From Anolis carolinensis (taxonomy: Eukaryota), in assembly GCF_035594765.1 (NCBI RefSeq), contig NC_085843.1, forward strand, positions 211,707,971 through 211,771,970: a stretch of DNA of 64,000 nucleotides, given 5' to 3'. The position numbers and the translations under genes were made by a program. The notes beneath the pieces are model-generated. The model was not told the DNA's origin, did no database searches, and saw only the letters and a program-made list of their open reading frames with translations. Of the stretch, positions 38,098-49,940 are shown one piece after another (the stretch's first letter is position 1; each line of letters starts with the position of its first letter).

Positions 38098-40750
38098 TTG
38101 TTCCGAGTTGTTGGGGAGCTCCTGCGGCCTCCTGAGATCCAGGGGCTTCCTGATGACTCGGCAACTTGGTGCAGCAATTTCGCGCACCACTTTGCAGGCA
38201 AAGTTGCTCAGATACGCCATGAGTTGGACTCCAGCTTAATTGTAGTTCCAGCGGAGGTAACCGAGGTACCTGTCTGTCCGATTTTGTGGGATTCTTTCCG
38301 GCTTGTTCTTCCTGATGACGTGGGGGGGATTCTTGGGTCTGTGAGGGCGACCACTTGCGCTCTGGATCTTTGTCCCTCTTGGCTGGTTAAGCTGGCCAAA
38401 GAGGGGTTGTTGAATTGGTTTGTGGCTATAATAAACGCCTCCTTGGGTCAGGGGTCAGTTCCATCCTGCTTCAAGCAGGTGGTAGTAAAACCGCTACTAA
38501 AAAAGTCCTTGTTAGACCCATCTGTATGTAACAACTACAGACCAATTTCCAACCTCCCGTTTTTGGGCAAGGTTCTGGAGCGGGTGGTTGCCACGCAGCT
38601 CCAGGAGTTCCTCGATGACACTGATTTTCTGGACCGCTCGCAGTCTGGCTTCAGGCCTGGGTACAGCACCGAGACGGCTTTGGTCGCCTTGGTGGATGAC
38701 CTCCGCAGGGAACTGGACAGGGGGAGTGTGACCCTGCTGGTTCTCTTGGACATCTCAGCGGCTTTCGATACCATCAACCATGGTATCCTTCTGGGGAGGC
38801 TCTCCGGGATGGGGCTTGGTGGCACGGTTCTGCAGTGGCTCCGGTCCTTCCTGGAGGGCCGTTCCCAGATGGTGAAGCTGGGGGACACCTGCTCGGACCC
38901 CTGGCCTTTGACCTGTGGGGTCCCGCAAGGGTCTATTTTATCCCCCATGCTTTTTAACATCTACATGAAACCGCTGGGAGAGGTCATCCAGAGTTTTGGA
39001 GGGTGTTGCCATCTCTACGCAGATGTCACGCCCAGGGCAACGAGAGCACTAAGAACCGACACACGGAGGCCAAAAGCTATCTAATATCTTTATTAAGGGA
39101 ATATGTAAGAATAATAAAAACAAGTAGGAAATATAGTCCAATAAAAGACCTTTCAGAAAAGGTCAGAAATAGTCCAAAATTATATTGTCCAATATTTTAT
39201 ATTAGAGTCCAAAGTTGTAAATCCAAACTGAAACACACTCTATTTGCAAGCAATAGAGTGGGGAAACGTCCAAAATCTTTCCAAAGTTCAGAGTAAGTCC
39301 ACAGCAAAATTAGAAACAAGGCTTGATACTAGAAGCAAGGTCCAAGGCTGGAAACAAGGCGAGATAGTTCTTGAAAACTTGGCTAGACAAGGCAAGGCAA
39401 AGGAACTGGAGTTGTGGACTTTGTGAAGTTCACACTTGGCTGGAAACACGAAATCACTCTCGAAGTTGATCTGTTGACTCCGCACGGAATTCTTCGTGTC
39501 GGGCACTTTTAACTCAGTCTCATTTCTCTGCAAAGCAGGTGTCCTGAGCTCCCTTTCCCAAGGGAAAGGAGAACGAAACACATCTCCCTCCAGATGCGTT
39601 CCTCCCTAGAATTTCTCAGGGGAACATGGCTAATTAACGTCTTGTTTGGCTGCTAATCTCAAGCTTCTCCGAAACTGCTCTTTCTCACCCCTGCCCGCCG
39701 CATAGAACTGTTTCCTGGGAAAAGGAGGGGAGGCAGTGGGACAGGCCTGTTCAAGGTCTTCCTTAATGGGCTCTCGGGTAGAATCATCAACAACAGGCAT
39801 CTGGAAAGATTCCGGCTCCTGTTGAGCCGGCAAAAATCCCCTGTTTTCATCCTCATCGCCACAATGGCGCTGGGATCAGGACTCCATGGCCCATGAGACA
39901 TCACAGCAGATGACACACAAATCCACTACTCGTTCCCATCTAACTCCAAGGAAACCCCTCAGATGCTGAACCAGTGCCTGGCCGCTGTGGCGGACTGGAT
40001 GAGGAGGAACAAGCTGAGGATCAATCCTGACAAGACAGAGGCTCTCCTGGTCAGTCGCTCGTCGGATCGGGGTATTGGGTGGCAACCTGTGCTGGACGGG
40101 GTTGCACTCCCCCTGAAATCACAGGTCCGCAGTTTGGGGGTCCTCCTGGATTCAGCGTTGACGCTTGAGGCTCAGGTGTGGCGGTGGCCGGGAGGGCTTT
40201 CGCACAACTCAAACTTGTGCGCCAACTGCGACCATACCTTGTGAAGTCTGACTTGACCATGGTGGTCCATGCCTTAGTTACCTCTAGACTGGACTACTGT
40301 AATGCGCTCTACGTGGGGCTTCCCTTGAAGACGGCCCGGAAGTTACAATTGGTCCAACGCTCGGCTGCCAGATTAATAACGGCGGCGAGTTACAGGGAGA
40401 GATCTACTCCCTTGTTTAAGGAGCTCCACTGGCTGCCGTTCATTTTCCGGTCCCAATTCAAGGTGCAGACCATCATTTATAAAGCCCTAAATGGTTTGGG
40501 ACCCACCTACCTTCGTGACCGTATCTCCTACCATAAACCTGCCCGATCTCTCCGATCATCAGGGGAGGCCCTCCTGTCGCCACTGCCTATATCTCAGGCC
40601 CGCCTTGTGGGTACAAGGGAGAGGGCCTTTTCTGCTGTGGCCCCCCGTTTGTGGAACTCACTGCCCATTGAAATCAGGCAAGCCCCCACCCTTTTAGCCT
40701 TTAGGAAAGATTTAAAAACATGGCTCTTCCAGTGTGCTTTCGGAGAGTAA
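38098..40750 (+). pseudogene. Disrupted L2 ORF2 reverse transcriptase
   Basis: ORFs 38098-39084, 39963-40244 and 40178-40750 join once the LTR is removed and one frameshift near 40178 is allowed. A stop also lies upstream near 38035. Confidence 0.88.
39024..39905 (-). mobile_element. Solo LTR (882 bp; Gypsy- or BEL-like)
   Basis: TGT...ACA termini, 5-bp TSD GCAGA (39019-39023, 39906-39910), and minus-strand AATAAA near 39090. Confidence 0.9.
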
Positions 40751-41058
40751 CTGTTCCTTGTTACTCCCCCCAACATTTATCCTCCACACTGTTTTACTAT
40801 CTGATGTCCCTGTCCCCTGAGGTTTTTATTCTTAACCTCTTCTCACCCCGAGTTTTAACTTAGTGTTCATGCGGCCCGCCCTTGTTATATTGCTTTCTTG
40901 ACTTTGTGTTGTACTGCACATTATTATCTATTGTATTGTTTAATTGTATTTTGATATGTTGTTTTTTATATTTTGTTATATTGTATTGTCCTGGGCACGG
41001 CCCCATATAAGCCGCCGCGAGTCCCCGCTGGGGAGATGGTGGTGGGGTATAAATAAAG

Positions 41059-41060
<2 letters not shown>

Positions 41061-41116
<56 letters not shown>
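41061..41116 (+). repeat. (TTA)n microsatellite, L2 tail
   Basis: Directly visible. Confidence 0.95.
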
Positions 41117-41117
<1 letters not shown>

Positions 41118-41469
41118 GAAGCAACAGTGGAGAAACAGCTCTTGGGCCAATGTGCTTCACATTGCTGACCCTTCAGGTCTGCAGTGAGTTTCCTCAGAAC
41201 AAGCCTACAAGGCTTTATATAGGATAACACTGCCTTGAATCCACTTCAGGATTGTGAAAGGTGGGATAGAAATGGCATAAATAAATAAATAAAGCTCTTT
41301 GCCTACCTTGGCACTACTTTGATGCTGGGATTAATGCTACAGTGAAGTTAGAGGCTATGCTGGAAAATAGCATTGCTGCTGGTAAGAGTCTTCAAAACCA
41401 TCTGGTATTTGCTGAGAAGTGAGATTAAATGTGTTAAGCTGCTGTGTGGTGGCAGCAGCAGCATCAGTA

Positions 41470-41531
<62 letters not shown>

Positions 41532-41560
41532 GGGGGCGAGGGCGAGGGCGAGAGAGAGAT
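41470..41560. repeat. Compound (GT)n(AG)n microsatellite
   Basis: Directly visible. Confidence 0.95.
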
Positions 41561-42128
41561 TGATTGGTGGAGGGTCTCTTCGAAAAAGCAGCAATTATGA
41601 AGGAGCTAGTTCTGGCACTAGAAATAAAGAACTCCTGAGTTATGTTGGCACAATAGAAGGACAATCCAAAGTCCTGAGATATGAGACTCCTACTCAAAGA
41701 GTGCTCAAGAAGCTACTGGGAAGAGGATGAATATAAGTAGCATTGTGTCTAATTACACAACTGGACTCAAGCCAAAAGCATATTCAGCTGCTAATATGCC
41801 CAGAGGTGGGAGAAAAGTTCAGCATGATAGATTCTTCTTAGAGTCACCATAAATCAGAAAAGACTTGCAGGTATACAACAACTAAAATAAATGGATGTGC
41901 CACACCACTGGATGGTCCTGATGAATAAAGACGCCAAATATAGAATAGGTCAGAATCATATCATATGGACTCAAGTCAATCGTGATACAAAAATAATCAT
42001 ATGGAACATAGGATTAGATAGAGAGGAATTGAGAGGAGTGAAACTTAGATGAATGGACATAAATACAAATACAAATATTCAAATGACTCTATATTGCTTA
42101 CAAAAAACAGCAAAAGCATAGTATGACT

Positions 42129-42355
42129 GGAGTGTTCTGTGGTTTCCAGACTGTTTGGATGTGTTCTAGCAGCATTTTCTCTGACATTTCACCTGAAACT
42201 GTGGCTAGCATCTTTAGAGGCTCTGCAAAAGGATCCTCTGTAGATGCCTGCCACAGATGCAGGCAAATTGTCAGGAGAAAATGTTGCTAGAACACAGCCA
42301 TACAGCCCAGAAACCACACAACACTCTAGTGATTAAAGTTAAAGCCTTCGACAAC
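42129..42355. mobile_element. Palindromic Penelope-like insertion with two opposed hammerhead-like motifs
   Basis: Inverted arms at about 42129-42221 and 42235-42328; 13-bp direct repeat GCATAGTATGACT (42116-42128, 42356-42368). Confidence 0.75.
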
Positions 42356-43014
42356 GCATAGTATGACTATTGATAAAGGTTAAGGAAACGCAAAATCAGG
42401 TTGTTGTTGTTGCCCCTTGGGCATATTGGTAGTGAAAGGTCTTGCTTGAACTACTTTTTCATTCGCTTCCTCTTCTCTTTAAGTCCACTCAATTTTTTTG
42501 ATCAGAATCCGAGATAGCTCCATCCAAGGTCTCTGGTTGCCAGTCCTGAGGTGTAACAATTGGGCATATTTTGCAATGATTGGGCATATTTCCTGTCTTG
42601 CTTCTATTAGTTTTAACAGTTTTAACAGCTATCTTCTGCTGCTCTCTCTGTAGCTAGCACCACAGTCCTGTGCCCTGTCTAGCATTTTTCTTAGGACAGG
42701 CTGCTGTTCCTTGAGAATGTCTATCCTAGTTTGCTGCCAAAATTGCTTCTGAGTAGCCTCAAAATGTTATCATACATTTTAGAGGACAATAAGCAAAACC
42801 AATTCTGGTTCCTTCTGCTTTACTCTCAGAATTGATACAGGCCTCAAATGTTGCTAAGGAACTGCACATTGACTTTAGAAGGATATCTCTGCTATTTTTT
42901 TCCAGGGCTCCCAGTAGCTGACTGGAGGTGTAAGTTTGCTTTTTGGGGCATATACTCCCTTGTAATTTTTGTGTTTTATATGCATTGAAATTGTCAGTTT
43001 CCTAATGAAAGAAT

Positions 43015-43145
43015 GCTCAGAAGTGGCTTGCCATTGCATTCCTCTGAAATAGTGCTTACAACACCTCTTTCTTGTTGGTCTTCCATCTAGGTACCTGCCA
43101 GGTCTGACCTTGTTTAGCTTCCAAAACCAGACAGGATCTACTACC
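43015..43145 (-). mobile_element. 5S-derived SINE fragment
   Basis: ccaggtctgaccttgtttagcttcc...agacaggatct is antisense to 5S rRNA sequence and to 27047-27265. Confidence 0.6.
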
Positions 43146-44004
43146 TTCTAAGGTCCAGAACTTACTTTATGATATCTATGTGTCTTCCTTGCTAAATCCA
43201 AAAACTGCCTAGGTAGGATCCGCATCCTGAGTGGCTCAGGATTCTGTCCAACATCATTGCTGGTTGGCTCTTTGTGTTGGCAGGAAATTCAGTAAACTGT
43301 AATTTGATTTTAAGTGTCTGCCCGTTTATTGATCTGCTTTCAAGAGGGGGTGTGAGAAGGGAATAAGATGTGGCATGGGAAAATGAGTCCTTGATGGATG
43401 TAATGGGTTGGCTCTTTTCGACACAATGGGGTTAGTCCAAAGTACACAGTGGGTACTTGATGATGACTATTTCAATGTGTGAGGCTATCTTGGGTCATGG
43501 ATCTTTCCTACAGATAGCTCCAATCTTATCAATGGGAGCCGGAAACAAACACAGGAAATCTGAATACTGAGTGCTTCTCCCCATGCCTCCCAGTTCATTG
43601 TGAGGGGATTATAAAACTCAAACGTAAAGAAAGGTGTCTGGGTGTGTTCAGACAGTATTCCAGCGGCAATTCACAACAAAGGTTGCTGTGAGACTGCACT
43701 CCCTTGCTATGTCCCCGGTGGAGCCATGTCCCATAGTGTATACAATTTATACATTTCATAATTTGGGAGTCCGATTTCTCGATATCAAAAGAACTAACAT
43801 ATTTTTATTTGGCAAAACAATGAAGGCCCATATCCCACCCGCACTTTTGAAGACCCCTTTCTTTTCTCATCTGTGAGATGAGAATTGCACTTATAGGAAA
43901 GATCATTTCTGTTTAGGCACTCTTCATCCAGCCTCCTGCACTGAGCTATCCTGCTTTTTGTTCAAGTGGCTTTGCATGTTACACCATGCTGGATTGAGAA
44001 TAAA

Positions 44005-44046
44005 AAGGTAAAGGTAAAGGTTTCCCCTGACGTTAAGTCCTGTCAT
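44005..44046 (-). mobile_element. Sauria SINE 3' tip
   Basis: aaaggtaaaggtaaaggtttcccctgacgttaagtcc matches the tails of the full-length copies. Confidence 0.8.
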
Positions 44047-44944
44047 TTAAAGTGTTGCCATTAGACCTTTCTGAAAGATTGTGCACAAAAACAAACAATA
44101 GTTGCCCTTTCGCTTTCGCTTTCCCTCTCCCCCCCTCTCTCTCTCTCTATATATATATATTCCAGACCGAAAAATAATAAAGAAGTGTTAGAACAATGTT
44201 CACTGCTTAAATAATATCCATTCATTTCTCATAGTGATTATTACATTTACAAATGCCTATGCAGAAAATGCTCAAAATACAAATACATCTTAAAATGCAA
44301 AGTGCGCCAGATGTCCTTGCACATTGACTTCAGACATTTTTATTAGACGGAAGTTGTGATGTTTTTCTCACAAGTTAGAATAATGCAGACTATATTTATT
44401 GTTGCTAAATCAAAATATGTTAACTAAAGCCGGTCTGAGTCTAAAATGCTGAGTATACTTGTTTGAGAAAAAGTCTTTTTGAACAGTTTCACTTATTCTA
44501 CATAAGAGAGTGTTCTGCAAAGGTGGAAAATAAGACTACATCCATTGAGGCCAGAGCTATTAGGCAACTGTCTCCTCACACTCTCATAAATTCTCCTTGT
44601 GGGAATTTAAGATAGCAGCAAATACCTCCTGGATGACCTGCTGTTTCTACCCTCTACTTCATTTGATGCTTATCCACATGCTCTGGAGTTTAAAGGCTGT
44701 TATATGTTTGAGATATCAAAGGGAAACCTGAGAGTTAGAGCCAGCACTAGGGTGCTCTCCCCTCTGTCTTTATCTCCTCTCAAAATAGCATTTTGGAAAC
44801 TGTTCAACTTGCTACCTGCTGGTGGCAGGATGTGAATCAAATATTTCTCTCACACAGGTTAATAATGCATACACCTGCAAAAAGTTTTTTTGATGTCAGA
44901 TTCCTAAACTGAGAGATTTAGGAGACACTGCAAGTATCATCTAA

Positions 44945-45480
44945 ACCATTGGAGTCCAACTTTTGGCCTTCCCTGGGCAAACTGAAAGAATCTTCTTAGG
45001 CCACACATAAAATATGCTTACAGTAATGATAACTGATGCGGGAAAAAGGTCTGTGCATAATTTTCATGATATCTGCCACCCTAGATAAGCATTAAAAAAA
45101 GGCATTGTATAATATTCCTAACTATATGCCCCCCCCCCCAAATTTGGACAGTCTTTTAAAATCATCGAGCAGGTAGTCTGACTGAACTGTTTGTAATTAC
45201 AAGGGAAATTACAGATAATACACCAATCTTTGTAGACATAACCAACTCTGATTATTCCATTCTGTTCCATTGTTGTCAACAAGTTTGCACTTGAACTGTG
45301 CAATCAAGCTTTTTTTAAAAATACACCCAAAATATCACAATATTTTAAGTTTATGGTTTTGTGTTGGGCATTGCACTCTGTACTGCATGTAAAACGAATT
45401 GCTCTTGGTTTCCTTAACAAATCCAAAACCATGTGGCCAGATTTCCAGTACCCCACAGTTGAGCCTGTGCTGGAAAAGCA
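44945..45480. mobile_element. Degraded hAT-like non-autonomous element
   Basis: gagtccaacttttggccttccctgggc...ggccacacataaaatat at the left end; right end poorly preserved. Confidence 0.4.
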
Positions 45481-46210
45481 TTACACCAAATATATGTGCA
45501 ATCTAATGGTTGCAAATGTGGTGTTGCAATCTTATGTTATATTAGATGATCCCAAGACATTTACATAGAACACATTTTGGGACACTTCCAGTATGTGGAG
45601 CCTGTCTCTAACTTTGTAAATAAGAAACCATGATGAATTTGGAAATAGTTTTCTTATATAATAAACTTTTTGTATTTTAGGTATTTCCCCAGTATTGAGT
45701 ATGCAACTGCTTGGGCATATTATTGACTTGTGGTTCAAAAGTGAAAGAAAAGTTTCATTTAGTATGTTTTTTTTAAAATGTGTTTCAACTTATCATAGGA
45801 ATGAAATTTTCTTTATAATAATTATAATAATAATATTGCTGTTGCTATTTTGCAATTGCATCATTTAGATTTGATATATATTTTGCAATATTAAATTGTT
45901 TAAGCCTTTTATAAAAGATGTTAATCTGTTAAAAACCCACAAGTTTTCCAAAGCCCACATACGTGAACACACCCTTTATAAAAACCCAGTGGTTAAAGTG
46001 ATGATTCAGTTGTTCTTGCAGTAGGCTTACCCAAGAAAATGGTTCCATATATATTAAATAGGCTTCTTTTGCAATTAATATAATATGGGATTACAAACTG
46101 ATGCTAAAAAATTGTGACTTCTCTTTTCAAGGTTAAAAAAATAACACCTTGTTTGAAGGAGCCAGTTTTGTTTTTCATAAAATATGTTTCACTTCCTTTT
46201 CCCCCTAAAG

Positions 46211-46274
46211 TAATAGTGCTCCTGAAATCTCTCATCCCAAATTCACAGCCACTCACATATGTATATTTGAACAG
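46211..46274 (+). CDS. Candidate 64-nt exon (phase 1 to 2: xIVLLKSLIPNSQPLTYVYLN(R))
   Basis: Acceptor ttcacttccttttccccctaaag and donor CAG|gtaagc. Two frames are open. Confidence 0.3.
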
Positions 46275-46839
46275 GTAAGCTGACTTCAGTTATGTCTGCA
46301 TTGGTGTTTATAGTACACACTCCATGTTTTAATCCTTCTGGCAATTGAATATATAGCTCAGGTTTTCCCCTGCATATTTAGCAAAGTGCTGAGTTTGGTT
46401 TGAATATGCCTGTGGATAACTGAATGAATAGGCCACTGTACAAACTTCAGAGGTAGTGGTGAATAATTCAGAAGGCACTGGTTTGGTTTGTTGCTAATAT
46501 GTGTTAATAAAATAGCAAGCTCAGCTCTATAAACAATGTGCTGAAGACTTCTTTCATTAGGTCTGTTTGCATTTTGCAGACTGCAGAGCTCGTTTATACT
46601 GGATATTTATACAGTTGTCTGATCAGACAGATACCATTTAATTATGCTTTTTATGTTCATTTCTGAGTAAAGCTACTGTAATGCTAAAGTAACTTTTCTT
46701 TACAAACTGAGTCATATGTCGAAATACCAATTCATTCACAATAATGGTAAGAGTAATGACAACCATTCTAATTAGCTTGGGGGAGGAATTCACTTTTCCC
46801 GGAGGGGGGGGGGAGTTAAATTGCAATGATTTGTATTTA

Positions 46840-47162
46840 CAGTAGAGTCTCACTTATCCAAGCTAAACGGGCCAGCAGAAGCTTGGATAAGCGAATAACT
46901 TGGATAATAAGGAGGGATTAAGGAAAAGCCTATTAAACATCAAATTAGGTTATGATTTTACAAATTAAGCACCAAAACTTCATGTTATACAACAAATTTG
47001 ACAGAAAAAGTAGTTCAATACGCAGTAATGTTATGTTGTAATTACTGTATTTACAAATTTAGCACCAAAATATCACGATATATTGAAAACATTGACTACA
47101 AAAATGGCTTGGATTATCCAGAGGCTTGGATAAGTGAGGCTTGGATTAGTGAGACTCTACTG
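46840..47162. mobile_element. Tc1/mariner MITE, young intact copy
   Basis: TIRs CAGTAGAGTCTCACTTATCCAAGC / GCTTGGATTAGTGAGACTCTACTG with TA flanks. Confidence 0.93.
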
Positions 47163-48204
47163 TAGTTGGAAACCAGATGTCCAAGTCTATGCTACTTCTG
47201 TTCACCTCAACCAATCATCATTGTTTATTAATATGGGCAAACTCCATTGCCACAATGGCTGCAGTAAGTATGAGGCTTCTTGCAAGTGTTTGGGGAAAGC
47301 TTGCTTCTTTCCTGAAAATTCTCCCTTATATTATGATATTGGTACCTTTGTACTGAATGGGTGGCGAATATGTGGAATATATAAACTTTCCTGGAAACTA
47401 TAATATACTACCTGGTTATGTTTGTCTGGTCGTGTGTTTTGACAGGAATTGGTTAGTGTTTTTGTGAGAGGAATGGGTTTTATAATAATTTTAAAAAGCC
47501 AGATGATTTGTCTGCAAAGCAACTGGATTTGGGATTTTAATCTGCTGGATGCCGAATATTTAAACCCAGAATTTTACTTTATATTCCAAACCAGAAAATA
47601 ATTTCTGGAAATTAGATTTTGTAATGATTTATAAAGCCAAGTATTGTGAACTGGTCAATCTTGTGTTCTGATCAAAGTAATTATTAACTTTGGCAACATC
47701 ATTATTTGAGAACTAACAATGTTATCTAAAATTTAAGCATTATGTATATGAATGGTATCAGCATTTAACAGAGCAGAAAGGATCTGAAAAATATAAAGGG
47801 TACACTTACAAACAGCTTATTCATGCTATCAGAGCACCACAGGCCAGATGTATTAGAGTGGGATCAGCTGATGCTATCTCCTGCCTGCCCTATTGCAGAT
47901 AAGGTTCATTACAGAAGTGGACTGGGCTCCATAGCCTTGCTACGTTCCCAACAATGAATAGACAGTTAGTTTCTCAGTTGACCTTATTTGCACATAGACA
48001 CAGTTCTGACATTATATAAATGTTTCATACCAATTTCCCCACGTTTTAAAAATCTGTAATTCTGTCTATAATGCAAACAGTTTTCCTGTGTTGCTTTGCC
48101 TTTATTCTGTTGAACCACAGCACTTAGTATTGCAGAGGCTAGCCGGGGTTGCCACAGTCAGAAATGTAGGACATAACATTTTTTTTCACCATTTGGAAAG
48201 TATA

Positions 48205-48525
48205 GGTAAAGGTAAAGGTTTCCCCTGAAGTTAAGTCCAGTCGTGACCGATTATGTGGGTTGGTGCTTATCTCCATTTCTAAATCGAAGAGCCGGCGTTG
48301 TCCGTAGACACCTCTAAGGTCATGTGGCCGGCACGACTGTATGGAGCGCCGTTACCTTCCCGCCGGAGCGGTACCTATTGATCTACTTACATTTACATGT
48401 TTTCGAACTGCTAGGTTGGCAGAAGCTGGAGCTAACAGCGGCCGCTCCCACCGCTCCCGGGGTTTGAACCTGGGACTTTTCAGTCTCCAGCTCAGTGCTT
48501 TAACACACTTTGCCACCGGGGTTCC
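48205..48525 (-). mobile_element. Sauria SINE
   Basis: Antisense of 4136-4460. Confidence 0.9.
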
Positions 48526-49084
48526 TATACTTTAAAAACTAGTTACTATTTCCTTGTGAGCCTGTGGTTTGAGGATTGGTCTACGACCGGAGGTTCAATC
48601 CCCCCGCTCAGCCATGGAAACCTACTGGGTGACCTTAGTTGAGTCACTAACAGAAAACCCCATGGTACTTCACCATTGGTTGGAAATGACTTGAAGGCAT
48701 GCAGTGCCCTAGGGTAGTTTATATGTTTACAGACTGCCTCCATCCTGACCTCTCCAAATGAATGCCCTGTTCTTCTGGATAGTCATAAAACTGTATTGTA
48801 CTGATACTTGTCACCACAAAAAATGTACTATGTCATTGCTCACAGATACACTTCATATGCCCCTGAAGTCTCTCCTCCTCCCAAATGGTCCCCTCTTCTT
48901 CCAGTTGCCCCTTCTCCCAAATGTTCATAACAATCTGTTGGTGTTTTGAATGGCTATAGGAATGAATTGAACTGTAAGTAGAAGCCCCAGAGGAAAAAGC
49001 AAAAGCCCCAGTATTTCATGAAAGTTTGTCCCTGAATACTCCAATACCACAAGACTTGCATATTTTATATTATTATTATTATTA

Positions 49085-49940
49085 CAGTAGAGTCTTGCTT
49101 ATCCAACGTTCTGTATTATCCAATGCAGTTTGCCTTCTGCCCGGATCCACAGCTGTTTCTCTAGGCAGCAACGCGCAGCGGGCCAACATACCCAACAACA
49201 CAAATGCAGCTACGCTCCCTGTTGGGTTATCTAAGCAATCATGCATGCATTTTCAATGTGGGATGGTTTATGTAGTTAGTTTTGTTTGTTGCTTAGTAAC
49301 CTGAAGCCACCATTTAGGGGTTTTTGCATATGAAATGGGAAATGGGAGTATCCTTTCTGGGGACACACAGGAAGTGATGTACGTATGCCTCTTCCTGTCT
49401 CCTTTCTTCTTTGCTCCTGCCTGACCATGCCATGCCATGCTGATGTTCCTGTTTGTTAAGAGAAATGTAGTATTCTGAACTGTTTTTTTCTTTTGGAACT
49501 AAGATGTTTTTACCTGTATGATCATCATCATACAAGATTGCGAGTAAACATATTTTTGCTATTTTATTTTGATGTCTCTGATGTTTATTTTATGCACATG
49601 ACTTTTTAAAGGGAAAGGGAGGCTGGATATTTTGTCTTATTCTTTATTTCCTTTTTACCTCTGCTCACATAAACCCCTAGTCTTCTGCCTTTTTACTGCT
49701 CTGCACCAATATCTAACCATATTGGTATCATAATCTTAACAGGTTATGAATATATACATTTCTATTACTCCCAAATAAGTGGCAAACTTGTTGTAAAACA
49801 TGTTTTAGTGCTTAATTTGTAAAATCATAATGTAATTTGATGTTTAATAGGCTTTTCCTTAATCCCTCCTTATTATTTAACATTTTTGCTTATCCAACAT
49901 TCTGCCAGCCTGTTTATGTTGGATAAGCGAGACTCTAGTA
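49085..49940. mobile_element. Tc1/mariner MITE containing an LTR
   Basis: TA-CAGTAGAGTCTTGCTTATCCAA ... TTGGATAAGCGAGACTCTA; same family as 46840. Confidence 0.85.
49220..49748 (+). mobile_element. Copia-type LTR (49220-49741) plus PBS remnant GGTTATG
   Basis: TGTT...AACA termini. Followed immediately by GGTTATG, the start of the GGTTATGGGCCCAG Copia PBS. AGTAAA polyA-like signal near 49542. Confidence 0.65.

Larger units (their letters stand above)
37996..41115 (+). mobile_element. L2 LINE, 5'-truncated, ORF2 (RT) interrupted by a solo LTR
   Basis: ORF motifs YRPISNLPFLGKVLE, LLDISAAFDT, GVPQGSILSP, YA|DD, RLDYCNALY and LHWLP; 3' UTR plus (TTA)n tail; flanking direct repeat TAGAAGCA (37988-37995, 41116-41123). 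Confidence 0.93.

Noticed and set aside
38098-39084. 328-aa ORF as a cellular gene or an intact RT
   Set aside because: It is L2 ORF2, broken at YADD. Its last residues derive from the LTR.
40944-41730. Poly-L/I/N and VC/RE repeat ORFs
   Set aside because: Translations of microsatellites.
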